From: Nemertoderma westbladi
Lineage: Eukaryota > Animalia > Xenacoelomorpha
DNA: 41,957 nt
Direction: 5' to 3'
Assembly (NCBI GenBank): GCA_032718475.1
Contig: JAUCBJ010001216.1
Coordinates: forward strand, 1 to 41,957
Positions within the stretch are counted from its first letter, which is position 1, and each line of letters begins with the position of its first letter. Position numbers and translations under genes: made by a program. Positions 26,524 to 36,884 of this stretch are shown one piece after another. The notes beneath the pieces are model-generated. The model was not told the origin of the DNA. It ran no database searches and saw only the letters and a program-made list of their open reading frames with translations.

Positions 26524-26549
26524 ATATTATTATTATATTTCCCCATCAG

Positions 26550-26649
26550 GTTTTTGGTCTATTGGGATTAAACGGAGCCGGTAAAACTACGTTATTTAAA
26601 ATGCTTACTGGTGACGTCACTCCTAATTATGGGGCAGCCGAAATTAAAG
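26550..26649 (+). CDS. ABCA: ABCA-subfamily transporter exon, NBD Walker A
   Basis: Acceptor TTTCCCCATCAG; encodes [34 protein letters not shown]; donor GTTAGT; matches the ABCA NBD2 pattern FGLLGxNGAGKTTxFKMLTGD. Confidence 0.93.
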
Positions 26650-26954
26650 GTTAGTTTAGTATTGTTAGGAGTAATATAGGCCACCTAGTATAATTTTCTT
26701 TTGTGGTCCAACACTAAGATTCTGCGTGAGCTGATGGTGTCCTGATGATCTATCTATATATGTTTACTGGAATTTGGTAGAAACCTCTCACTGCGACGTT
26801 TCTTGTAGAGCCAATCTATATGGACTGCTTCTGTGTAAACCACACACACGCCCTGTAGTTTGGTAAACCTGGGTGTGGCACCTGCCCCGATAACAAATGT
26901 TTATTTAAACGAAAACTATACGATACTTAAGTAAAGGGTCTGCGACGCCGTTAA

Positions 26955-27531
26955 GGGGGGGGGGGGGTGGTTGGGGGTAGCGCATTTTCTGACCAAGAAG
27001 TCGAATTTTTGAAACATATCCTATCTGATGCAGAATTTCATGCTGAGTCTTCTTAATCTTCTTAAATTTCTTGCTTAGTTTTCGAGATATCTGGGATAGA
27101 AGATACTGGCTCCGATATATCACAATATTGGTAAAGGAGATGAAGTTTGGGGTTTGCATTCAATTTCTGCATATTTCTGTGCTCAGTGGTGCTAATTGGA
27201 TGTCTCCACGAGAAAGGGCACAAAATTTTAATTAGGAAGGTATTTTTTATGATTATTGGACCTAATGATCAGTTAATAAGACAACTTCAAGTCTCCAGAA
27301 TGAAGACGGGACTTGAATAAGCGACTCTGTGGTCTTTGCGGGATTACACGGAATAGACTTATCAGTCATTGGAGACCTACAAAATATATAATCTCCAGTT
27401 CTAGTGGTCGTACGAAGTTGTTTTAGGCTCATTCAAAAGCTCTTTTCCCAGAGAACAAAGTTTTGAAGTATGTTTTAAAAATTCAACTTTTTGGTCAGAA
27501 AATGCGCTACCCCCCCCCCCCCCCCCCGCAT
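26955..27531. mobile_element. MITE-like element, possibly Kolobok-type
   Basis: About 45-bp inverted repeats GGGGGTAGCGCATTTTCTGACCAA(G/A)AAGT(C/T)GAATTTTT with poly-G/poly-C ends; TTAA at 26951-26954 and 27532-27535. Confidence 0.6.
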
Positions 27532-27916
27532 TTAAATATATGTTGTCATTTTATTTATATTTTGGCACTTTTTCGGTATTGGGGCCCCATTATGGTGTTA
27601 CTGATCGTACTAGTAGCTACAACAAGCTCACGAACGTTCAATCGTGCATTTGGAAACATTATAACTAGCTAATGCATTATAAAATGTTCTAGAATGTGTT
27701 GTTTCCATAGAAACTAGGATGGGCCCCATTTTTTGGGTAAGTGTAATTCAGTTTTACTGCATATTACCAGTTAGCTAACAATTATTTATTGTTTGAAATA
27801 TACTTGCTGTTATATTTTCTGCTATATAATTATAACACATACATAACATATTAAGTAAATTAAAACCACAAACTAAAGGGATTAAAATACGGTAGGTACC
27901 TATCTGATATCCAAGT

Positions 27917-28063
27917 TCATGGAGAAACTGGGTATACCTTGCGGAGATGCATGGGAAAGTTTTGGAAGGGATCTTTCCCGAACTCACACCTCCACATAAA
28001 TTCGATTAAATATGATTCTATTAACGTTCTCGCTGTGCCACACTCTTTCTTGTTTCGTAGTTT
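27917..28063 (-). pseudogene. Merlin transposase C-terminal remnant (not in the ORF track)
   Basis: KLRNKKECGTARTLIESYLIEFMWRCEFGKDPFQNFPMHLRKVYPVSP*; fits the Merlin/ISXO2 motif SYLxEFMWR...DPF...YP. Confidence 0.8.
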
Positions 28064-28504
28064 GGACCGTAACGATCATGAAGCACATTCCATGCTGCTT
28101 CATAACCTCCTGGTATTCCCATAAAAAATTTGACTAATTGAAGAGGCTCGGGTCCCAAATACGTTGTTAAAGCCATCATTTTCTCCATTTCTGATAGCCG
28201 TTTTGATTCGATATAAGATATAAATGAAGAAACAAAATTTATATATAAACCGGTTTCCCCATTAAACTTTTGTGGTTCCATTTTTGGTAATGACATCATT
28301 GTATTTAGTCGCTCAATATCAGAAATATTTAATGCATTACACATTTGAAAGGCTGATATAAGTTTAGAATTTTGATTACTAGCTGTTCCAGAATGGTTTG
28401 GTGTTCTATTAATAAATCCGTCCGACACACTTTGACTTGCTGTCTGAGGAATAAATGGCGGATTTACTAAACCATCCATTCTGTGAACAGAACTGTTCCT
28501 ATAC

Positions 28505-29663
28505 TACTACTACTAGGTCGAGCGAACTCGGACAGTGGAAATGAGATCCTTCCAGGCTTCCCGATCCTCCAACTTCTACTAGGTCGAGCGAACTCGGACA
28601 GTGGAAAGGAGATCCTTCCAGGCTTCCCGATTCTACTACTACTACTAGGTCGAGCATACTCGGACAGTGGAAATGAGATCCTTCCAGGCTTCCCGATTCT
28701 CCATAGTTGTCGCAATTTCGTTTCTCCCAAGTTCAGTATCCCTTTCAAGTTGATCTATATATGTTATGGCCGGTCGTCCACGACTACGCTTTCCATGAGT
28801 TGGTTGCCAGAGAAGTAGATCTGGTATGACCTCGTCTTTACTTCGCCAGCAGTGCCCACTGAATCTTAATCTGCGTTCACGGAGGGTGGTTGATACAGGT
28901 GGTATTGTACCATAAAGCCCGGCGTTTGTCATGTGTTGTCTCCAGCTGATATTTAGGGCTGCCCTTAGTAGTCTTGTGTAGCAACCATCAATTCGTTGTT
29001 CAAGTGATTTAGTCAGTGTCCAGGTCTCACCCCCATATAAAAATACACTTTCCACTGTGGCTCGAAAGAACTTAGTCTTCAGGTGCCTGGAGGGATCTGA
29101 TTTCCAATGGTATCCATTTTTGATAGAGCTACCCAAGCCTTTGCTTTCCTAACTTCTATGTCCTTTTTGCTACTCTCTATCCATGATCCAAGGTACTGGA
29201 AGTAGTCGACCTTCCTTAGTTGATTATTATCAATGGTTGTCAAGTTTGGGGCCGTCCAAGTATGACGTCAGCACTTTAGGGGGGGAGGGGTGTTGGGAAA
29301 ATCTGATGACGTGCTGATGAGGGGATGTTCATTTATAGGTGCTAGAAGAGATATAGCAGAAGAGTAAATAGCTTGCCTATTTTAATTGTTCGAAGCCCCC
29401 GAAGGCCCGTAGCACGACCTTCTGTTTCAGTTACCAGTCACCATGTTTCAGTGATTAGGACGCGAACATTTTTTTAATCTGATTTAGGGGAGGGAGGGGG
29501 GTCAACGCCTATCTGATGACATCTGATTTAGGGGAGGGAGGGGGTCAACATTTTGGGGAAAAGTGCAGACGTCATACTTGGACGGCCCCTTTCCATCAAC
29601 ATTAAAGGTCATGAAATCGGTCTTGGTAGCATTTATATGCAATCCAACTTCCTTCCAATCCTC
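28505..29663 (-). mobile_element. 5'-truncated RTE-clade LINE
   Basis: GLHINATKT, FQYLGSW, FLYGGETWTL, RRLRFSGH and RSRGRP motifs; (TAG)n tail; 10-bp TSD GTTCCTATAC at 28495-28504 and 29664-29673; one frameshift near 29110. Confidence 0.9.
29248..29589. mobile_element. 342-bp MITE (Zator or PIF/Harbinger-like) inserted in the RTE
   Basis: 30-bp TIR GGGGCCGTCCAAGTATGACGTC(A/T)GCACTTT; 3-bp TSD TTT; excision restores the RTE frame NVDGNLTTID. Confidence 0.88.
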
Positions 29664-29933
29664 GTTCCTATACAAATCATGATAGTACATACTGTTATTC
29701 TGCAGCAATCTATCTACGCCTCCAGCATTATTTTCAGACACTGCATGGGTAGGACCTCTGTTAATACCATATTGACCCTGCACTAGAGGATTATTGCAGA
29801 GACGAGCCGCATCAGTACTAATTTGTGTCTGTGTTGTATTATAACCATAACCCACATTATAGGTTTGATTATAGACATTATTGTGATGTTGTAGCTCTTT
29901 CACCATTTGGATGCAATGACTGCTCTAAATTAT

Positions 29934-31312
29934 CGCAATAATTTTTATTGTCCGTTTAAATCCTTTTTTTGTCCTTTTTTTTGATTTTTTATGTCCTCCA
30001 AAAGTCTAATGTTAGGTTCCATGCTACCGGTTTCTCTACTGCTGTTCTCTCAGGCTATCAGTACCGGTATTAGTATATATAGCACTATTTTGCTGTATTG
30101 TATGTACAGATGTAGGTATAAAGCAGGTATTTCTGTATTTTAGTACCGGTACCGGCACCGGTACTGCTATAGGCCTACTGTGTAGCCTACCATTTAAATA
30201 CGGTAATAATAGGCCTACCGGTTGTGCTAATAAATTTTAAATAATTGATAGGCCAAACTGGATTGCAGGATTTTTAAAATGTGGATATACCTTTCACATA
30301 ATTTAGGCCTATTACTGTATTAGTTTTATCGTCTCTGTAACCTGCTCCTTTCCCTCAATTAGTTAAATGATCGTTTATTGTTTTGGTTAGAAAATCCCGC
30401 CTTTGTAACCTGCCCCTTTCCCTCAATTAGTTAAATGATCGTTTATTGTTTTGGTTAGAAAATCCCGCCTCTGTAACCTGCTCCTTTCCCTGAATTGGTA
30501 AAGTGACCGTTTATTGTTTTGGTTAGAAAGGCCCGCCTCTGTAACCTGCCCCTTTCCCTCAATTAGTTAAATGATCGTTTATTGTTTTGGTTAGAAAATC
30601 CCGCCTCTGTAACCTGCTCCTTTCCCTCAATTAGTTAAGTGATCGTTTATTGTTTTGGTTAGAAAATTCCGCCTCTGTAACCTGTCCCTTTCCCTCAATT
30701 AGTTAAATGATCGTTTATTGTTTTGGTTAGAAAATCCCGCCTCTTTAACCTGCTCCTTTCCCTCGATTAGTTAAGTGATCGTTTATTGTTTTGGTTAGAA
30801 AATCCCGTCTCTGTAACCTGCTCCTTTCCCTCAATTAGTTAAGTGATCGTTTATTGTTTTGGTTAGAAAATCCCGTCTCTGTAACCTGCTCCTTTCCCTG
30901 ATTTGGTAAAGTGACTGTTTATTGTTTTGGTTAGAAAACTCGGCCTTAACCTGCTCCTTTCCATCAATTGGTAATTGTTTTTGGCTATAAAATGAATGTT
31001 TTGCTACGTCATGTGGTAATCGATTATCGACAACAACCACAAACTATTAAATATAGAGTCTTTTTACCACAGGCGCATATGGAAATCTATCTCACAGTCT
31101 ATAAATCATGGAATCATGGAATGTTTTGGCACAGGCATAGTGAAATCAACTGTCTGACAGTCCAGAAATCAGCAGTCTGACAGTTTGAAGAAATACATAC
31201 ATAAAAAGTCATTAAAAGGACAATAAAAGTCATTAAATGGACAACAAAAGTCATTATGCATAATTCGTAAAAAAAATGACAAAAAAAGTCAAATAAAAGG
31301 ACATAAAAAATC
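29934..31312. mobile_element. Foldback-like insertion with inverted subterminal motifs and an internal minisatellite
   Basis: Flanked by a 15-bp direct repeat ACTGC(T/C)CTAAATTAT (29919-29933 and 31313-31327); GATTTTTTATGTCCT near the left end is inverted at the right end. Confidence 0.55.
30331..30990. repeat. 68-bp minisatellite, about 9.5 copies
   Basis: Unit CTCTGTAACCTGCTCCTTTCCCTCAATTAGTTAAATGATCGTTTATTGTTTTGGTTAGAAAATCCCGC. Confidence 0.95.
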
Positions 31313-31809
31313 ACTGCCCTAAATTATTACTTGAATTTATTGGCAGTACTCCCTTATCTGAATGAGGAGTACTGTGTAATGCGTTAAATATTGAATTTGA
31401 GTTTCTAGGACTGTATAAAGGTGCCTCAGAACATTTAACACTCATTATACTGCTGCGTAATGGTTCATTTTTTAGGTGATCTAATAAAGACCTAGGTACA
31501 GGTAGATCATTATATCCAGATCCATGATTCAAATTCACATTAATATCTGAATAATATAGGCCTACTGGTATCAGTGTAATGATTTGTATATAAAGAATGA
31601 GTTACAGATGGTATTGGTCTAAAGGAATTAACAGCACTAGAGACCTGAACATGAGGAAAGTAATTATTATCTCCAGTATAATTGGAAGTAGTGGTACTAG
31701 TATATATGTATTAGTATGGCGTATCTGCGAATGAGGAATATACTCTTCTGCATTAGGGCTTAAAATAGGACTATTGCGATTTGATTGCCTAACCATATTC
31801 ACATCATTA

Positions 31810-32562
31810 GTAAAACAAACAACCAACAAAACAACCTTCCAGATTTGTGATCTTCTGGTTACTATAGATCGATTAACCAAATCAACCACAAAGTACCCAA
31901 ATAATCAATACCGTCAATGGTCGGTTTCAACAAGTCCTTTCGGCTTTCCAAAGCAAGCAAACAATCATGACTGTGGAGTTTATGTTTGTTTGTATGCCAT
32001 CGCAATCGCACAGTCTTCAGAGGTTGTATCTTTCCATAATGACAGCAATAAGTGCAGGCAATGGTTATACGATTGTCTGCAATCAGTAAAGTTCTACATG
32101 CCAAATGACTCACACACCCAGCAAAGTACAACCTGCCTGAAAACTCCTCTGCATGGTGAACAGCTAGTAAATCTTCTAAAAAAACAATCAGACCCTGATA
32201 CATTTGTCTCCACACTGCGTACATCCCTTCTATTACAAAACCCCAAAGATGACCTTGTAAATTTTCTAAAAGAACTTGGCTTTAAGTTTCTAAGTAAAAT
32301 ACAGAAGGACCTTTTCAATTATATAAATCGTACAATAATGGGTGAAAAAATGGGGTTAAAGTGCTCATGCATAAACAGAAAATCCCTAGATGAATTGGCA
32401 TTGGATGTTGCAGAGTTTGCGATAGTTTTGGAAGAAAGGGCATTAACATCTTCCTTCAAGAAGAGAATAAATGCGAGCAGCGCTGATGCTGGAACTCATA
32501 AACCTCGTAACTACACTGCAAGTAGAAATAAAGTCCTTAAATACCCAATGTCAATCATATAA
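31810..32562 (+). pseudogene. 5'-truncated frame: Ulp1/C48 protease C-terminal half fused to a LINE ORF1 N-terminal-like domain
   Basis: W...PKQANNHDCGVYVCLYA matches the Ulp1/SENP motif PxQxNxxDCGV. The His/Asp half of the domain is absent, and the listed TTG start lies in antisense gag sequence. Confidence 0.65.
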
Positions 32563-33925
32563 TGTGCGGATCAAAAGTTTAGAAAGTACAATATCTAAGC
32601 TACAAAATGGTCTCCACTTTCAGACAGCCTGTCCCAACAACCTAAGGGAAAACCTCAACAATAGCTGCAATAGGAAAAAGGGTAAAAAGAAAAAGAAAAA
32701 AAATGCCCACAAAACTGGACATGGCAGGAATGATCAAAATGTCAATGCGAGTACAACGTCAGAATATAGTTTTGCTGACCCTGCATCAGACACTGGCACC
32801 CCTAATTCTGATACTGAACTAAATACTCCTCTAAATCAACAACCATCATCATTATCAATAGACAGAGATAATGAACAAACAATATCTTTTCCTCAGCCTA
32901 GTTCCCTTCAAGATGTTTTACAAAGTGAGAATGCGTGGACCAGCACCAACACAAAGACTTCTGTGAAATGTGGTAAAAACACCAACGACTTCCTGCCATC
33001 AGTAGTAACATCCAACATCTATGACAACTTGGATGATGTTAAAGCTGTTGGGAATATGTTGAAGAGGCAAAATGATCTCCTAAATGATATTCTTACGTCA
33101 CAAAAGGTAAATGCCCCAAAACCACAAGGAAATAGCAACAATAAAGAATCCGATTATAATAGGAACCAACCTGTCATTCCTAAACATAAACTTGCAACCA
33201 TCTTTGTTTCTGGTCTACAACCAAATAGCTCCTCAGTATCTGTCTCACAATATTGCTTTAAACAATCAGGTTATAGGCCAGTCAATGTCTGGGTGACTGG
33301 AAACAAAGGGCATACTAAAAGAGCTAAAATCACTATTGAAACAGAATATACAAATATATTCTTGAGACAAGATTTCTGGCCTAAAGGATGCTATGTAAAT
33401 GCAAATATAACAAATGACCATGCCCCACAGACCAGTTATCTAAGATATAACTATAATGAAAATGATCCCAACCACCCTTATATTTACCAAAAAATTATGC
33501 TGGAAGCGAATAATGAAACAAATCATGAGACCAAAACCTATAACAAAACTTCAAATCAACAATACCAAGTTCCCAAAGCAGCAACTAGTGTTCGAATAAA
33601 AGATCCAAGAAACACAAACTACTACCTAAATCAAAGTAGATCATATGATCCCTATATGATCCAGAGAATCATGGTGGAAGCAAATAATGATTACTCTCAT
33701 CAAACAGAAACTAAGCCAAATAACTGGGTTCCACGAACTACAAGTAACAAAACAATCAATACCACGTCTAACCTACAGAGAAATCTGCTGCCTTATACCT
33801 ATCAGAATTTTCCTCTTTCAACTTCTCCACCATATAACAGCCATGGATATCAAAATTATCCATATTGTCAGACAAAAAGAGACTCTCCCTACCCGATACA
33901 CCCACAGAGGAGATATCACTTTTAA
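32471..33925 (+). CDS. LINE ORF1 protein (coiled coil, basic patch, RRM-like domain)
   Basis: N-terminal heptad pattern, KKGKKKKKK, TIFVSGL...FWPKGCYV motif, located directly upstream of ORF2. Confidence 0.75.
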   Translation: MRAALMLELINLVTTLQVEIKSLNTQCQSYNVRIKSLESTISKLQNGLHFQTACPNNLRENLNNSCNRKKGKKKKKKNAHKTGHGRNDQNVNASTTSEYSFADPASDTGTPNSDTELNTPLNQQPSSLSIDRDNEQTISFPQPSSLQDVLQSENAWTSTNTKTSVKCGKNTNDFLPSVVTSNIYDNLDDVKAVGNMLKRQNDLLNDILTSQKVNAPKPQGNSNNKESDYNRNQPVIPKHKLATIFVSGLQPNSSSVSVSQYCFKQSGYRPVNVWVTGNKGHTKRAKITIETEYTNIFLRQDFWPKGCYVNANITNDHAPQTSYLRYNYNENDPNHPYIYQKIMLEANNETNHETKTYNKTSNQQYQVPKAATSVRIKDPRNTNYYLNQSRSYDPYMIQRIMVEANNDYSHQTETKPNNWVPRTTSNKTINTTSNLQRNLLPYTYQNFPLSTSPPYNSHGYQNYPYCQTKRDSPYPIHPQRRYHF

Positions 33926-36884
33926 AGCAGTTAAAACCGAGAGCAGTAACATCCCCAGAAATCAACCTTACAAGTTAAAAATGCTTACATTTAACTGTGA
34001 AGGTTTCACAAGAAATTCAAAATACCTGGGAGAAATTTTACAGAATCAGGAACCATCAATCATGTGCATCCAGGAACACTGGCTTGGGCCATTGCAATCA
34101 GATGTGCTTTTTACACGGAGAAAATTACACAGCAATTTTTCATGTCCGACATATACAGTGTCTAGTGAAATGCTGAAGCCTAAACCTAGAGTTCGCGGCG
34201 AAGGTGGTACAGCGATATATGTAAGAAATGACATAATACCGCATTGCAAAAGTTTTAAAACCGGTTCTGACCGAATTTCTGGCATTGTCATCAGATCTTT
34301 GTTTACTGAAGACATAGCAATTTTAAATGTATACTTGCCATCAAACTGTGGAAGAGAGGATGATGAATCTAATTATCTTAAAGAAGTTGGGAAACTAGGA
34401 CTGATCATTGATGAATGTTTAAACCAAAATCTAACCCCAATTGTTATGGGGGATATAAATGGTGTCATAAAGGGAGATCAGCAGTTACAGCCCAGAGGAG
34501 CTGTCAAATCATCGAAGTTTGGAGACATTTTCCTTGAGAAAATTATATCAGAATACAACTTCATCGCTGCGGACATGACTCAAAAAACGAATGGAAACAG
34601 ATTTACTTATCTCATGCAGTGCAAAGATGGAGACAAAAAAAGCCACATCGATCATACCTTCATACCTACATCATGGTACAACTATCTCACAGGTGGAGTA
34701 ATTTTCAACTGTACCAAAAACAATGTTTCAAGACACCTACCCGTGCTCTCAGAGATCACATTAAATACTCATCCAAATAAACACCATGCAATGGTGAGAA
34801 AGACAAAAAACAAAAATATTCGCTTTCATTTTAATAGAGCATCCAAACAGCAATTAGAATCCTACCGTGCTGAAATAGAACAGAATCTTCTTTATTATAC
34901 AAGCCAAGACATCAATAGTAAGGCAGAACTCGTGGTAAAAACTATTGGAAATGCCTGCAGATCAAATATTCCCTCCTCTTTCGTCAAATATAGAACATAT
35001 AACCAATCAGATAAAAATCCATCGTTTGAGTATAAAAGTCATGTGAAGTCGCTTGTGGCATCAAACCGCACCAATCCTAGCGCTTTCTGGAGGAAAATTA
35101 AGCCCAAAAGAGTTACAAATACAGTTTCTGATATCCACCTTAGCAAAATATTTAGTACCATCAAAACCAGCCTATCTTTACCCGAAAACGAAAAGTATTC
35201 TGCAGCTCAGCAAACTGGTCAATGCAACCCAACCAAACAATCTGGCCAATGCAACCCAACCAAACAACATACAGTAAATCCCTCTGAAATCTACAATCTA
35301 ATTAGTAAACTAAACACTGGTAAAACTAGTGATCTTTATGGGATAAATGCTGAATGTCTCATATATGGGCGGACGGAGACTCTATGCTCCTTCATTGCAG
35401 AACTTTTTGCAGAAATTTCTAACAGTGGTGTATGCCCAAAGATTTTCTCTCTTGGGACCATTGCACCCGTGCCCAAACTCCATAAGACAGAATGTATTAT
35501 TCCACAAGAACAATCCTTCAGGAACATAAGTGTTACACTTACATTAGGAAAGCTCTGGGAACTATCCATCTTGAAAGAAATAACATCTATATCTCCAAAT
35601 CACCTGCAACTAGGATACAAACCACACATAGGATCAGACATAGCCCATCAAGCCGTTTCCAGTCTCATCAACAAATTTACTAAGAAGGGATCTCCTATGT
35701 ACCTACTCAGTTTGGATCTTAGCTGTGCCTTTGATATGATATCTCATAGCAAACTCTTTCATAAACTAAGACAAACCAATATAGACGGAAACATAATCAA
35801 CGCTTTAGAATCGTACTACAACCAATCTTCTGCATATGTTTCTTGTGGGGGATACACTATAGGTGAACCAATTGCAATTCAACAGGGAGTGAGACAGGGT
35901 GGTATCTTGTCACCTTTCCTGTTCAATTTCTATCTGACAGACCTATTCGAACAGCTCGAAAAGTCAAACCTTGGTATCCACATTAAAGATATTTCTTTCT
36001 GCGCCATAAACTACGCTGATGACATTATAATCCTGGCGAACATGAAGTCACACCTCACTAGTTTACTGGAAATTTGTTCACAGTATCTCAGAGATCACAA
36101 CCTCAAATTAAATGAGTCAAAGTGTCACTTCCTGTCCATTAACACCAAAGGCACTACGAACACCAATGACATGCTTACCCTCAAGGATAAAACACTGCAA
36201 TCAAAAAAAAGTTGCAAATATATGGGCATTCCCCTCCCAGCTGATGGCAAAACAATATCAAAGTTTGTAATTGGAAAAATTTGGGGCAATGTAGGTCTGA
36301 TCTCGCACCGAGGTCTAACAATCAATGAAGTCCCACTGGATGTAACTAAACTAGTTTGGAACACAATTTGCCTATCGAGCATTCTATATGGCTCTGCTGC
36401 TCTACCATCAGGAAAAATTGACAAAACAGCTAAGGAGTTGCGTAAAGCGATGCGTCATATTATCGGAATGAACAACAGAATTTCAAACAAAGTGATATAT
36501 CAGCTATTTGGAATGGACGTGGAATTACAGCTTAGATTGAATCAATTTCAATTAATATACAGATTATTTAATACAAAGAATCCCAAACTAGCCTTTCTCT
36601 TTGGTAGTACATTGTGTGACCATTGTGTGGGATCCTCAGTAGACATATTTGCATCATATAATTTCACAGCATGGAGATATAATAATCCGAATTTGTTATC
36701 CATTGCTGTCCACCCATATTCAACCAAACATTGTAGTCAAACCGCAAAAATGGCCCAGACGGCGGATATCAGCCCCAAGGATCAATTCACCACTTGGTAC
36801 TCGCAATCACTCTTGAACAATACAAACTACGCTATATCCACTAGATTAATGATATTAAAGGAATTTCTAAATCCCCACACGTAG
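33687..36884 (+). CDS. LINE ORF2: AP endonuclease plus reverse transcriptase (true start may be ATG 33981)
   Basis: FNCEG, IQEHW, NVYLP, GDIN, IDH (APE); FRNISV, LDLSCAFD, GVRQGGILSPFLF, YADD, KYMG (RT). Confidence 0.93.
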   Translation: MITLIKQKLSQITGFHELQVTKQSIPRLTYREICCLIPIRIFLFQLLHHITAMDIKIIHIVRQKETLPTRYTHRGDITFKAVKTESSNIPRNQPYKLKMLTFNCEGFTRNSKYLGEILQNQEPSIMCIQEHWLGPLQSDVLFTRRKLHSNFSCPTYTVSSEMLKPKPRVRGEGGTAIYVRNDIIPHCKSFKTGSDRISGIVIRSLFTEDIAILNVYLPSNCGREDDESNYLKEVGKLGLIIDECLNQNLTPIVMGDINGVIKGDQQLQPRGAVKSSKFGDIFLEKIISEYNFIAADMTQKTNGNRFTYLMQCKDGDKKSHIDHTFIPTSWYNYLTGGVIFNCTKNNVSRHLPVLSEITLNTHPNKHHAMVRKTKNKNIRFHFNRASKQQLESYRAEIEQNLLYYTSQDINSKAELVVKTIGNACRSNIPSSFVKYRTYNQSDKNPSFEYKSHVKSLVASNRTNPSAFWRKIKPKRVTNTVSDIHLSKIFSTIKTSLSLPENEKYSAAQQTGQCNPTKQSGQCNPTKQHTVNPSEIYNLISKLNTGKTSDLYGINAECLIYGRTETLCSFIAELFAEISNSGVCPKIFSLGTIAPVPKLHKTECIIPQEQSFRNISVTLTLGKLWELSILKEITSISPNHLQLGYKPHIGSDIAHQAVSSLINKFTKKGSPMYLLSLDLSCAFDMISHSKLFHKLRQTNIDGNIINALESYYNQSSAYVSCGGYTIGEPIAIQQGVRQGGILSPFLFNFYLTDLFEQLEKSNLGIHIKDISFCAINYADDIIILANMKSHLTSLLEICSQYLRDHNLKLNESKCHFLSINTKGTTNTNDMLTLKDKTLQSKKSCKYMGIPLPADGKTISKFVIGKIWGNVGLISHRGLTINEVPLDVTKLVWNTICLSSILYGSAALPSGKIDKTAKELRKAMRHIIGMNNRISNKVIYQLFGMDVELQLRLNQFQLIYRLFNTKNPKLAFLFGSTLCDHCVGSSVDIFASYNFTAWRYNNPNLLSIAVHPYSTKHCSQTAKMAQTADISPKDQFTTWYSQSLLNNTNYAISTRLMILKEFLNPHT

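Larger units (their letters stand above)
28064..31805 (-). pseudogene. BEL/Pao gag fragment (DUF1759-like core), split by later insertions
   Basis: LPKMEPQKFNG...EKMMALTTYL...YEAAWNVLHDRYG in ORF 28021-28479. Removing the RTE rejoins ...HDLYRN/SSVHRMDG in frame. An LSPNAEEYIP motif lies at ~31735-31765. Confidence 0.75.
31810..36884 (+). mobile_element. Near full-length APE-type LINE (Proto2/RTEX-like by motif impression); boundaries approximate
   Basis: ORF1-like frames followed by a 1065-codon APE+RT ORF; ends and TSD not resolved. Confidence 0.85.

Noticed and set aside
26740-26805. Hammerhead ribozyme (CTGATGA...GAAAC)
   Set aside because: Stem II does not pair in register between the core motifs, and I found no convincing stems I and III.
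27560-27574. 8-9-bp TSD for the Merlin element
   Set aside because: The left flank (CACTTTTTC) and right flank (GAATATTTT) do not match at any end position tried.
28467-28818. Repeat-containing ORFs of 93 and 111 aa
   Set aside because: Alternative frames of the triplicated RTE 3' end.
29502-29906. 134-aa ORF as a gene
   Set aside because: Chance read-through across the gag, RTE and MITE junctions.
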